This document shows positions 38,227 through 47,023 of a stretch of 64,000 nucleotides of DNA, piece by piece (positions within the stretch are counted from its first letter, which is position 1; each line of letters starts with the position of its first letter). The stretch comes from Bacteroidales bacterium (lineage in GTDB: Bacteria > Bacteroidota > Bacteroidia > Bacteroidales > VadinHA17): NCBI GenBank assembly GCA_022865305.1, contig JALHSP010000016.1, positions 2,812-66,811 of the forward strand, given 5' to 3'. Position numbers and translations under genes: made by a program. The notes under the pieces are model-generated. The model was not told the DNA's origin. It worked only from the letters and a program-made list of their open reading frames with translations, and made no database searches.

Positions 38227-39648
38227 ATGAGCAGATTAGCAAGGGTAATAAAGAAATTTCCGCATATATTCTGGATCTCCAATTTTATTGAGCTTTTCGA
38301 AAGATGGGCCTGGTATGGCTTTTATAATGCTTTTGCCCTTTATCTTACTTTATCAAAAGATACCGGGGCGCTTGGTTTTACCCAGGTTCAAAAAGGAGCT
38401 ATTATAGGTACAGGCTCAATGCTTTTGTATTTCCTTCCGATTTTAACCGGTGCTATAGCCGACCGGATAGGGTTCAAGAAACAGCTTATACTTTCCTTTA
38501 CAGCTTATATTGCAGGTTATTTTATGGTAGGAACTTTCGAGTCGTATGGATTGATATTTGCCTCATATCTTTTCCTTGCAACCGCAGGTGCACTGTTTAA
38601 GCCAATTATCTTGGGGATGATTGCAAAAACAACAGATGAAGAAACGTCATCTGTAGGATTCGGGATCTTTTATTTGATGATAAATATCGGAGGATTTATT
38701 GGACCTTTTATTGCAGGCTTTCTCTATAAGATCAGTTGGAACTATGTCTTTCTGATGTCAGGAGCTACAATTGCAATAAATTATATTTTCGTTTTTTTCT
38801 TCTTCAAAGAACCTGGCAGAGAGCCATCGGGGAAAACGTTTCTGCAAAATTGCAGCATTGCTGTTAAAAATATTTTAACAGCACTATACGACTGGAGATA
38901 TCTTGTCTTTCTGCTGATAATGTCAGTTTTCTGGACAGCGTTCAACCAGCTTTACTATTCTTTGCCTGTTTTTATAGATCATTGGGTTGATATAGAAAGG
39001 TTGTCAGTTGCTTTTGGACTGAAACCCGGAACAATCACTGCGGTAACTGTGATCAGTATGGATGCATTCTTTATCATTGTTCTCCAAATGTATATTTCCT
39101 CTGTAAGTATGAAGTTCACGCCACTTAATTCTATAATGACAGGAACGTTGATTCTGGCTGGTGGCCTCATGCTTATGTTTATAACCCGCAATCCATGGAT
39201 AGTTCTTATAGGAGTGATGATATTCGCTGTTGGGGAGATGGCTTCTTTACCTAAATATACCGAATATGTAGGGCGGCTTGCTCCGCTTGATAAAAAAGCC
39301 CTCTATATGGGTACATCTTTTCTCCCTGTCGCACTTAGTCATTTTGCTGCCGGATGGATTTCAGGAAAACCTTATGAGATTCTTGCCGATAAAGTCACTC
39401 TGTTACAGAAAGAGGTTGCAGAAAAAGGATTTGATATTCCTCAGATATCAGATTCATTCACTCAAAATCAATACTTTGAAAAGGCACAGCAACTGTTTAA
39501 TATGAATAGCTCTCAGCTTACTCAATATCTCTGGAATACATATCATCCTGAAAAAGTATGGATTATGTTCGCAAGCATAGGCGTAATGACAAGCATTATG
39601 CTTTATTTATACGATAAATTTATACTTGTTAAAAATGTTGAAAAGTAG
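38227..39648 (+). CDS. MFS transporter, POT/PTR peptide-transporter-like
   Basis: ELFERWAWYG (ExxERxxxY-like), GAIADRIG, LFKP, GFGIFYLMINIGG; multiple TM helices. Confidence 0.88.
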   Translation: MSRLARVIKKFPHIFWISNFIELFERWAWYGFYNAFALYLTLSKDTGALGFTQVQKGAIIGTGSMLLYFLPILTGAIADRIGFKKQLILSFTAYIAGYFMVGTFESYGLIFASYLFLATAGALFKPIILGMIAKTTDEETSSVGFGIFYLMINIGGFIGPFIAGFLYKISWNYVFLMSGATIAINYIFVFFFFKEPGREPSGKTFLQNCSIAVKNILTALYDWRYLVFLLIMSVFWTAFNQLYYSLPVFIDHWVDIERLSVAFGLKPGTITAVTVISMDAFFIIVLQMYISSVSMKFTPLNSIMTGTLILAGGLMLMFITRNPWIVLIGVMIFAVGEMASLPKYTEYVGRLAPLDKKALYMGTSFLPVALSHFAAGWISGKPYEILADKVTLLQKEVAEKGFDIPQISDSFTQNQYFEKAQQLFNMNSSQLTQYLWNTYHPEKVWIMFASIGVMTSIMLYLYDKFILVKNVEK

Positions 39649-39985
39649 AAGGTTTAGGTAAATTTATATTCCCTGAACAGCCCCTTCAACCTGCTAATAA
39701 GAAATATCTTCTCTCTCTTACACTTGCTCTTTTTTAGTACTCCGAACGGATAAAAGTTGTAACCAGTCAAATGAGTTTTTAAGCTTAATGAATACCTTAA
39801 GAAAACTCTAATTTTAATTGGACCGAATTACAGTGAAGCCGACCGACCCGCTTCATTTTTTTCAGTCTACCCAATCAGAAATTTAGCCGGAAATCGCCTG
39901 TTTTTTCTTTTGTAAACCATTAGTATTCTAAAGTAGGGCAAAATATGTACTGACATTTTTTGCGAAAAATATCTTATATTGCTTA

Positions 39986-42673
39986 ATGCTTTTAACCAAA
40001 CTACATATTCCTCCTGCCGGAAATAATATTGTTCACCGGCCGGAACTATTTGATAATTTGAACACCGGACTTAGTCGAAAGCTGATTCTTGTTTCTGCTC
40101 CTGCCGGATTTGGCAAAACAACAGTTGTGAGTGACTGGATTGATCAAAATAAGATCCCTGCAACATGGTATTCTCTTGACAACGGGGATAATGACCCGGC
40201 AATTTTTTTAAGCTATATAATTTCAGGAATTCAAAGTCTTCATTCAGCATTTGGGCTAAGCGCTCTCAAACTGTTAAATTCGGCCAATAAACCATCTGTC
40301 GAATCAATTGCCAGCCTGTTAATCAACGAAATACTCAATATCAATCAAAACTTTTTATTGGTACTCGACGATTTTCATCTGATCAAGAGTAACGAGGTAT
40401 TGAAATTGGTAACCTATTTATTAGAGCATATTCCCGGTAATTTCCACATTGTGATCCTGACCCGTTCCGACCCTGCACTATCTGTTTCAAGGTTAAGAAG
40501 TCAACACCAATTAGTTGAGTTACGTTCATCAGACCTTAGTTTTTCGGCAAATGATATTTCCGTATTGTTCAATAAAAAGCTGAAATTAGGCTTATCTATT
40601 GACGATGTTTATTCTCTTGAAACAAAAACCGAAGGCTGGATTGCAGGCTTGCAACTAACAGCCTTATCAATGCAGGGCCGTAAGAATATTTCTGAATTTA
40701 TACAGGATTTAAAAGGAGATAATCGCTACATAATGGATTATCTGATGGAGGAGGTGCTAAAGATCCAAACCGATGACATCAAAGAATTTTTACTGCAAAC
40801 ATCAATATTAGAGCAAATGTCTGCTCCTTTATGCAACGCTGTTTTGAACAGAAATGACAGCCAGCTGATTCTTGAGACTCTGGAAAAAAATAACATGTTT
40901 GTTATACCTCTGGATACTGAGAGGAATTGGTACAGATATCACCACCTCTTTGCGGAGTTATTAAAACAGAGACTTAATTTAAGAGAAAAAGCAACCATTA
41001 TTGAACTTCATAATAAAGCAAGTGAGTGGTTTTATAATAATTCGATGCCTTTATTTGCAATTGAACATGCAATTGTGACAGAGAATTTCGAAAAAAGCAT
41101 GCTATTTCTTGGGGAAATAGTAGAGACTATGTGGAAAAACGGTCAGCATGCTGCTATTATGAAATATGGTGATTTACTGCCTGATGAAATCATTAAAAAG
41201 AATGCGGATTTTTGTTTATACTATGCATGGATATTGATCATAGCCGGTCAGATTCAGAAAGCTGAACCTTTTTTGGTGAGTGCCGAAATATTTACAAATA
41301 ATATAATTAATGATAAGAATTCATCAAAAGAAGATGTTCAGTATAATAAAAAACTGTCAGGAAAAATATCCGTTGCCTTTGCTTACCTCTACTCAATAAC
41401 AGCAGACTCGGAAAGAACTTTTAGCTATGGTAAAGCAGCTATGGAAAACCTTTCGGAAGATGACCCTTTGTGGTTTAGCTGGGGTTGGTACTCAATTGGT
41501 ATGGCAGAGATGTATCGTGAAAACTTTAAGGAATGTATTATAGCTTTTGAAAAAGCGCTGGAGTATGGTAAAAAATCAGGAAACATATATCTTATTACTA
41601 CCATTGCAAACAGGTTATCTACCCTTGAGGCAAGGATGGGGCTTTATACATCATCTTATAAGAAGTGCTCCGACCTTATAACCTTTATGAAAGAAAGTGG
41701 TTATTCCCAAATTACAAAATCGGAATGTACCTATGCCGGGGTGTATTCATCTATGGCAGGTATAGAATCTATGCGGACAGACTTCGATGATGCTCTCGAA
41801 AACATTAAAACTGCCTATAACTTATGTAAAAACGAATCAAATATTACTATTAAGGTCCATGTATTAATGGTTTACTCACTTGCTTTATTGGGACGTGGAG
41901 ATCTAGCCGGGGTTAAAAAGATGATAAATGAGGCGGATAATATTCTAAAACAAAATATTGTATTACCAACCACTATGTCGATATATATTTCCATGAAGGG
42001 ATTTATGCTAATTGAACAGAATGAACTTGAAAAGGCCAACCATTTTTTTAAAGAAAATGAATTAGAATATGATAAAAAAATACCTTATTCACATGAACAT
42101 GCATATATTGATTATGCTCGTTTGTTAATACTCGAAATGAAATTCAGTGAGGCGGAGATTATTCTTTCAAAATTATTGAAAATGGCACAAGCCGCAAATA
42201 GAATTGAGAGAATAATTGAAACTAAAATCATATATGCCATTTTGAATAAGGCCACAGGAAACAAAGAAAAAGCCATAAAATACCTGATTGAAGCATTAGA
42301 GGATGCTGCCTGTGAAAACATATTGATGTCTTTTGTTCTTTTTCATTCTAATATAAGCGATTTACTAAAAGAAGTTTACAAAATACAGGCAACTACAACA
42401 ACTAAAATCCCTAAGAAGTTAATCGACAAACTTAAACTCGCTTTGGAGAAGAGAGAAAAATTCATGAAAAATAATTTAGGATCCGTGTTAAGCGACCGCG
42501 AACTCGATACGCTAAAACTAATTGCCGAAGATTTATCGAACCAGGAAATAGCTGATAAATTATTCGTTTCCATAAATACTGTTAAAACGCACGTTAAAAA
42601 TATTCTTTTGAAATTGGATGTTGAAAAACGGACACAAGCAATAAGCAAAGCCAAAGAGATGGGAATAATATAA
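39986..42673 (+). CDS. MalT-like STAND ATPase / TPR / LuxR-HTH transcriptional regulator
   Basis: TKLHIPP, Walker A APAGFGKTT, Walker B LVLDDFH, TEGWIAGLQL, WYRYHHLFAE, C-terminal LSDRE...SNQEIADKLFVSINTVKTHVKNILLKL. Confidence 0.93.
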   Translation: MLLTKLHIPPAGNNIVHRPELFDNLNTGLSRKLILVSAPAGFGKTTVVSDWIDQNKIPATWYSLDNGDNDPAIFLSYIISGIQSLHSAFGLSALKLLNSANKPSVESIASLLINEILNINQNFLLVLDDFHLIKSNEVLKLVTYLLEHIPGNFHIVILTRSDPALSVSRLRSQHQLVELRSSDLSFSANDISVLFNKKLKLGLSIDDVYSLETKTEGWIAGLQLTALSMQGRKNISEFIQDLKGDNRYIMDYLMEEVLKIQTDDIKEFLLQTSILEQMSAPLCNAVLNRNDSQLILETLEKNNMFVIPLDTERNWYRYHHLFAELLKQRLNLREKATIIELHNKASEWFYNNSMPLFAIEHAIVTENFEKSMLFLGEIVETMWKNGQHAAIMKYGDLLPDEIIKKNADFCLYYAWILIIAGQIQKAEPFLVSAEIFTNNIINDKNSSKEDVQYNKKLSGKISVAFAYLYSITADSERTFSYGKAAMENLSEDDPLWFSWGWYSIGMAEMYRENFKECIIAFEKALEYGKKSGNIYLITTIANRLSTLEARMGLYTSSYKKCSDLITFMKESGYSQITKSECTYAGVYSSMAGIESMRTDFDDALENIKTAYNLCKNESNITIKVHVLMVYSLALLGRGDLAGVKKMINEADNILKQNIVLPTTMSIYISMKGFMLIEQNELEKANHFFKENELEYDKKIPYSHEHAYIDYARLLILEMKFSEAEIILSKLLKMAQAANRIERIIETKIIYAILNKATGNKEKAIKYLIEALEDAACENILMSFVLFHSNISDLLKEVYKIQATTTTKIPKKLIDKLKLALEKREKFMKNNLGSVLSDRELDTLKLIAEDLSNQEIADKLFVSINTVKTHVKNILLKLDVEKRTQAISKAKEMGII

Positions 42674-42755
42674 TACAAATTCCTATATATCGTTCTTAAT
42701 CTCACTTTAACTTCCTCTGGTTTTTCTTTTCATACAAATTCTTCTTTTATACCAA

Positions 42756-42789
42756 AATCATCCTTACAAATCATCCTTGAGGGTGATTT
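42756..42789. promoter_or_regulatory. Putative operator: two direct AATCATCCTT half-sites plus an inverted AGGGTGATT
   Basis: AATCATCCTT-aca-AATCATCCTT-g-AGGGTGATT, about 20 nt upstream of a cACCTTTG -7-like box. Confidence 0.6.
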
Positions 42790-42838
42790 TTCTTTTCCGG
42801 GGGAGCCGCACCTTTGTCATATAAATTCAAACACAAAT

Positions 42839-43039
42839 ATGAAAGGCAAAACCAAAATAAAAATTCAGGAACATCTTGATAAGAAATGGGAAGATTGGTT
42901 TGATGGCATGGAAATCAGTTACGAGGGAGACAATACAATTCTTTCCGGCATTATGAAAGATGAAGCACATCTGCGTGGAATTTTAAATCGAATAATGGAT
43001 TTAAACCTGAAACTCATTTCAGTTAATCCTGGTGAATAA
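42839..43039 (+). CDS. 66-aa ACT-like small protein typically found next to MalT-like regulators
   Basis: IKIQEHLDKKWEDWFDGMEI...TILSG..KDEAHLRGILNRIMDLNLKLISV. Confidence 0.8.
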   Translation: MKGKTKIKIQEHLDKKWEDWFDGMEISYEGDNTILSGIMKDEAHLRGILNRIMDLNLKLISVNPGE

Positions 43040-43074
43040 GATCAAAATAGGAAAATAATAAATATTTAATAATC

Positions 43075-45513
43075 ATGAAAAAACTAAGTTTAGCAACATT
43101 TGTGGTAGCCATGTTCTCAACTATGGCTTTTGGTCAAAATCTAACACAAACAGTCATAGGTACTATTATTGATACCGATGATAAAACACCCCTGATTGGT
43201 GTAACAGTGGTTATGCCCGGTACTGATCCCCTAACCGGTACAATAACAGATGCTGAAGGAAATTTCAGGTTTGATAATGTACCTGTTGGTCGTTTAACAT
43301 TACAACTATCGTACATTGGTTACGAAAGCAAAACCATCCCCGACATTGTAGTAAATTCAGGGAAAGAGGTTATCCTGAATTTAAGTATGCAGGAATCGGT
43401 CATTAAACTCGCTGAAATTGTAATTAAGCCAAAACGTAACAATGGCGAAGCTTTAAACCAAATGGCCCTGTTAAGCAGCCGGAGTGTTACACTGGAACAA
43501 ACAGAACGATATGCTGGTTCTTTTAACGACCCTTCACGCATTGTATCAAATTTTGCAGGAGTAACCAATACACAGGATGGTGGCAATGATATTATTGTTC
43601 GGGGAAACTCTCCCAAATATGTTCAATGGCGATTGGAAGGAGTCGAAATTACCAATCCAAATCACTTTGAAGACCAGAATTCATCAAGTGGTGGAATAAG
43701 CGCCCTTAATAATAATCTGCTTGCCACATCCGATTTCTGTACCGGGGCATTTGCCCCTGAATATGGCGATGTATTATCGGGTGTTTACGATGTTAAACTC
43801 AGGGCTGGTAATAATGAGAAATTCGAGTCAACTTTTGGTTTCGGCATAATGGGCACTGATCTGACACTGGAAGGTCCGTTTAAAAAAGGCTATGCAGGCT
43901 CATATGTTGTAAACTATCGGTATTCTACAATCTCACTTCTCAGCGACCTGGGTTTGATAGACAAAGCAGACCTGAATGGTCAGCTCAATTATCAGGATGC
44001 TGCCTTTAAAATTAATCTTCCAACCAAAAAAGCCGGGACATTTTCCATTTTCGCTCTTGGTGGTTTAGATGGTTGTGAGATTGATGATATACCTTTATTA
44101 CAAACACCCGGAGATAACAATTTCAGGCCCGATATAATTCAGGATTACAGCAAAAGCAACTACTTGATAAATACAGGTATTAACCATGTATACAGGTTTA
44201 ATGAAAAAAGCCTTATTAAAACCACCCTGTCTTTTTCTGGAACCGGAATGGATGATGGTGTGTATGAATCGCAAGTAATTGAAACTATCGACGGCCAGGG
44301 TGGCGCTCTGAGAGATACCCTTGGCCGAAAGCTGAATTTTAAAAACGATTTAAATAATACTGTTTATCGGGGGGCAATAACATACACCAATAAAATCAAT
44401 GCGAAAAACACAATCCAGACAGGGACAAAATATTCCGTTCTGAACTACGATAACAATCAGAGTGTATTACATGGTGAAATAAATCCTGTCAGGATTACTT
44501 TAACCGATTTCAATGATAAAATAAGTACCCTGAAAAATTTCATCAGCTGGAAATTAAGATTGACACAAAATGTTACAATAGTTTCGGGAATTCATAATAT
44601 GAACGTGCTATCCAACAAAAAAAGCACAATTGAACCCAGAATCGCGGTTGACTGGAAGATGAACAACACTAATTCTTTCCAAATCGGGTATGGAAGCCAT
44701 AGCCAAATGGAACGGGTTCATAATTATTTTACTAAAATTCAACTTACAGATGGAAGCATCATTGAACCAAATAAAGACCTTGGCCTGCTTAAAGCACATC
44801 ATTTTGTAATAGGATATAACAAACGTATTGGTGAGAATCTGATGGCAAAGGTTGAAGGATATTATCAGTATTTATACAATTTACCTGTTGAAAATAATGA
44901 TACGAGTTATTATGCTACCATCAACGAAGGTCTGGATTATCGCTATGTTGATCTGGTAAATAAAGGAATCGGAAAAAACTACGGGATTGAAATTACGCTG
45001 GAGCGGTTTTTACACAATAATTTCTATTATTTAATCAATGCTTCACTATACGATTCGAAATATAAATCGCTGGAAGGTGTATGGCGAAATACTCAGTACA
45101 ATGGTAATTACCTGATAAATGCGTTGTTTGGAAAAGAATTTGTGAAGCTTGGCAAAAAGCATAATCAAACTTTTGCTGTTAATGGGAAAATATTTTATGG
45201 CGGAGGGAAAAAAATCATCCCCCTGTTAAAAGATTCACAAGGAAATATAGCAGTTGACCAGGTAAATAACTTGTATTGGGATTATGAAAAAGCCTATGAA
45301 AATAAGATAGAAGACACGTACAAGGTTATTCTGACTATGAGTTATAAGTTTAACAAACCAAAGTCAACGCACGAAATCTTTGTTGATTTGCAGAACCTTA
45401 CCAATAACAAAGGGCGAATATTTGAATATTACGATGCTTCAAAACCTAAATCTACTGGCTATTATACCTGTCCGGGCTTCTCTCCTAATATAATGTATCG
45501 TATATATTTTTAA
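43075..45513 (+). CDS. TonB-dependent receptor with carboxypeptidase-regulatory-like N-terminal domain
   Basis: PLIGVTV...GTITDAEGNF...SYIGY, plug NDPSRIVSNFAGV...IIVRGNSP, barrel, C-terminal YRIYF. Confidence 0.9.
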   Translation: MKKLSLATFVVAMFSTMAFGQNLTQTVIGTIIDTDDKTPLIGVTVVMPGTDPLTGTITDAEGNFRFDNVPVGRLTLQLSYIGYESKTIPDIVVNSGKEVILNLSMQESVIKLAEIVIKPKRNNGEALNQMALLSSRSVTLEQTERYAGSFNDPSRIVSNFAGVTNTQDGGNDIIVRGNSPKYVQWRLEGVEITNPNHFEDQNSSSGGISALNNNLLATSDFCTGAFAPEYGDVLSGVYDVKLRAGNNEKFESTFGFGIMGTDLTLEGPFKKGYAGSYVVNYRYSTISLLSDLGLIDKADLNGQLNYQDAAFKINLPTKKAGTFSIFALGGLDGCEIDDIPLLQTPGDNNFRPDIIQDYSKSNYLINTGINHVYRFNEKSLIKTTLSFSGTGMDDGVYESQVIETIDGQGGALRDTLGRKLNFKNDLNNTVYRGAITYTNKINAKNTIQTGTKYSVLNYDNNQSVLHGEINPVRITLTDFNDKISTLKNFISWKLRLTQNVTIVSGIHNMNVLSNKKSTIEPRIAVDWKMNNTNSFQIGYGSHSQMERVHNYFTKIQLTDGSIIEPNKDLGLLKAHHFVIGYNKRIGENLMAKVEGYYQYLYNLPVENNDTSYYATINEGLDYRYVDLVNKGIGKNYGIEITLERFLHNNFYYLINASLYDSKYKSLEGVWRNTQYNGNYLINALFGKEFVKLGKKHNQTFAVNGKIFYGGGKKIIPLLKDSQGNIAVDQVNNLYWDYEKAYENKIEDTYKVILTMSYKFNKPKSTHEIFVDLQNLTNNKGRIFEYYDASKPKSTGYYTCPGFSPNIMYRIYF

Positions 45514-45702
45514 TAATCACTACTCAAATTGAAAAATTAAAACTAAATAATTATAACGATTAATAACCATTCCATCGCAAAAAGGCACATTTTATAAGGC
45601 ATTTAAATTCTTGCCCATAAAATTAGTAACAATAAAATTGTATCAGCATCTTAATCAAATCACAGAAAACACTAAAATCAAAATAATTTAAACTTAATCA
45701 TT

Positions 45703-46332
45703 ATGAAAAAATCATTAATTTTATTAATCGTCGCTGCATTTTTATTCCAAAGTTGTGCAAAAATATTTTATACTCCCGACGCCCGAACTCTGGCAAGTAC
45801 TCAAAAAATTATAGCCATAATACCTCCAAAAGTATCTATAGCTGCAAGAAAAAAAGTCGATGGTAACGCTTTGATTGAACAACAAAAAACTGAATCAATT
45901 AATTTCCAGAGAGAAATGTATGGCTGGATGCTTAAAAGAAAAATGCAGGGAATTATAATCGTTGATATCCAGGATGTTGAGACTACAAATGCGAAGCTCT
46001 CGAATGCTGGTTTTTATAATGGGAAACCACTGACACCAATTGATATGTGCAATATTCTTGATGTTGATGGTATTCTGACCTCAAATTATTCTCTCTCAAA
46101 ACCAGTGTCTGAAGGTGCTGCAATTGCAATGGCAGTTCTTACAGGTTTTTGGGGTCCGACAAATGAAGCTGTTGCTTCTTTGTCAATTCACGATAGAGGA
46201 TCAGATAAACTGATTTGGAATTTTGATCATAAACTATCATCTTCTTTAGGAAGTCCGGCCAAATTGGTTGATGATCTCATGAGGGAAGCGAGCAGGGAAA
46301 TGCCATATGTTACAAGAGTGCGTACTTATTAA
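45703..46332 (+). CDS. Hypothetical lipoprotein
   Basis: Lipobox FQSC; IAIIPP, LDVDGIL, LSIHD...LIWNFDH. Confidence 0.7.
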   Translation: MKKSLILLIVAAFLFQSCAKIFYTPDARTLASTQKIIAIIPPKVSIAARKKVDGNALIEQQKTESINFQREMYGWMLKRKMQGIIIVDIQDVETTNAKLSNAGFYNGKPLTPIDMCNILDVDGILTSNYSLSKPVSEGAAIAMAVLTGFWGPTNEAVASLSIHDRGSDKLIWNFDHKLSSSLGSPAKLVDDLMREASREMPYVTRVRTY

Positions 46333-46492
46333 ACATAAAGACATTTTTAAAACCACAAACCGGAAATATCCAAAAACGGAATCAACTTTATTGGCTCACC
46401 TAGGTAATTGTCTAACACTTGTCATTTTTTCCTTTGATTGAGCTTGTTGCATTATTTTCTTTGCGGCTAATATTCATTAATAGAAAAGTTTT

Positions 46493-46922
46493 ATGAAAAG
46501 TGTTACAAGTATTCTAATCCTGTTATTATTGCTTATTACGGATACTGTTTTTTCGCAAACAGTTACACAAACAGTAAAAGGAAAGGTTTTTGATAACGAA
46601 ACCCAGACCCCTTTAATAGGAGCAACTGTAGTAGTTCTGGGAACATCAACATCGGCATTAATACTAATTATTTTGCACTGAATAATGATTTTTCAATTGA
46701 TCCGCGATTTAGTATAAAATGGCAATCTCTGTCAAAACATTCTTTAAGCTTTGGCTTTGGAAAGCATAGCCAGTTAGAAGAATTAAAAATATACCTCGTT
46801 AACAAAAATATTAATGGTAATACAGTATATCCAAATAAAGAGTTGAGTTTATCACAAGCATTACATTACGTTTTCGGATACGATTGGCAAATTACAAATA
46901 ACCTGCGCGAAGGGACGGTTTA
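46493..46922 (+). pseudogene. Collapsed remnant of a second TonB-dependent receptor
   Basis: N-terminus ...QTVKGKVFDNETQTPLIGATVVVLGT joined out of frame (~46640) to an internal barrel piece NIGINTNYF...IDPRFSIKW...GFGKHSQLE...NKELSLSQALHYVFGYD, homologous to 43075-45513. Confidence 0.8.
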
Positions 46923-47023
46923 GTGATCCAAGTTATTATATCACTCTGGGGACTCAAAAGAGCATTTTTATAAGGATCTTCAAAATCGTCATTCTTGTGG
47001 AAGACGGAGACTTAGGGCATACG

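Noticed and set aside
37949-38291. Overlapping 84-aa and 109-aa ORFs
   Set aside because: No coherent family signal on either strand; probably mosaic remnants
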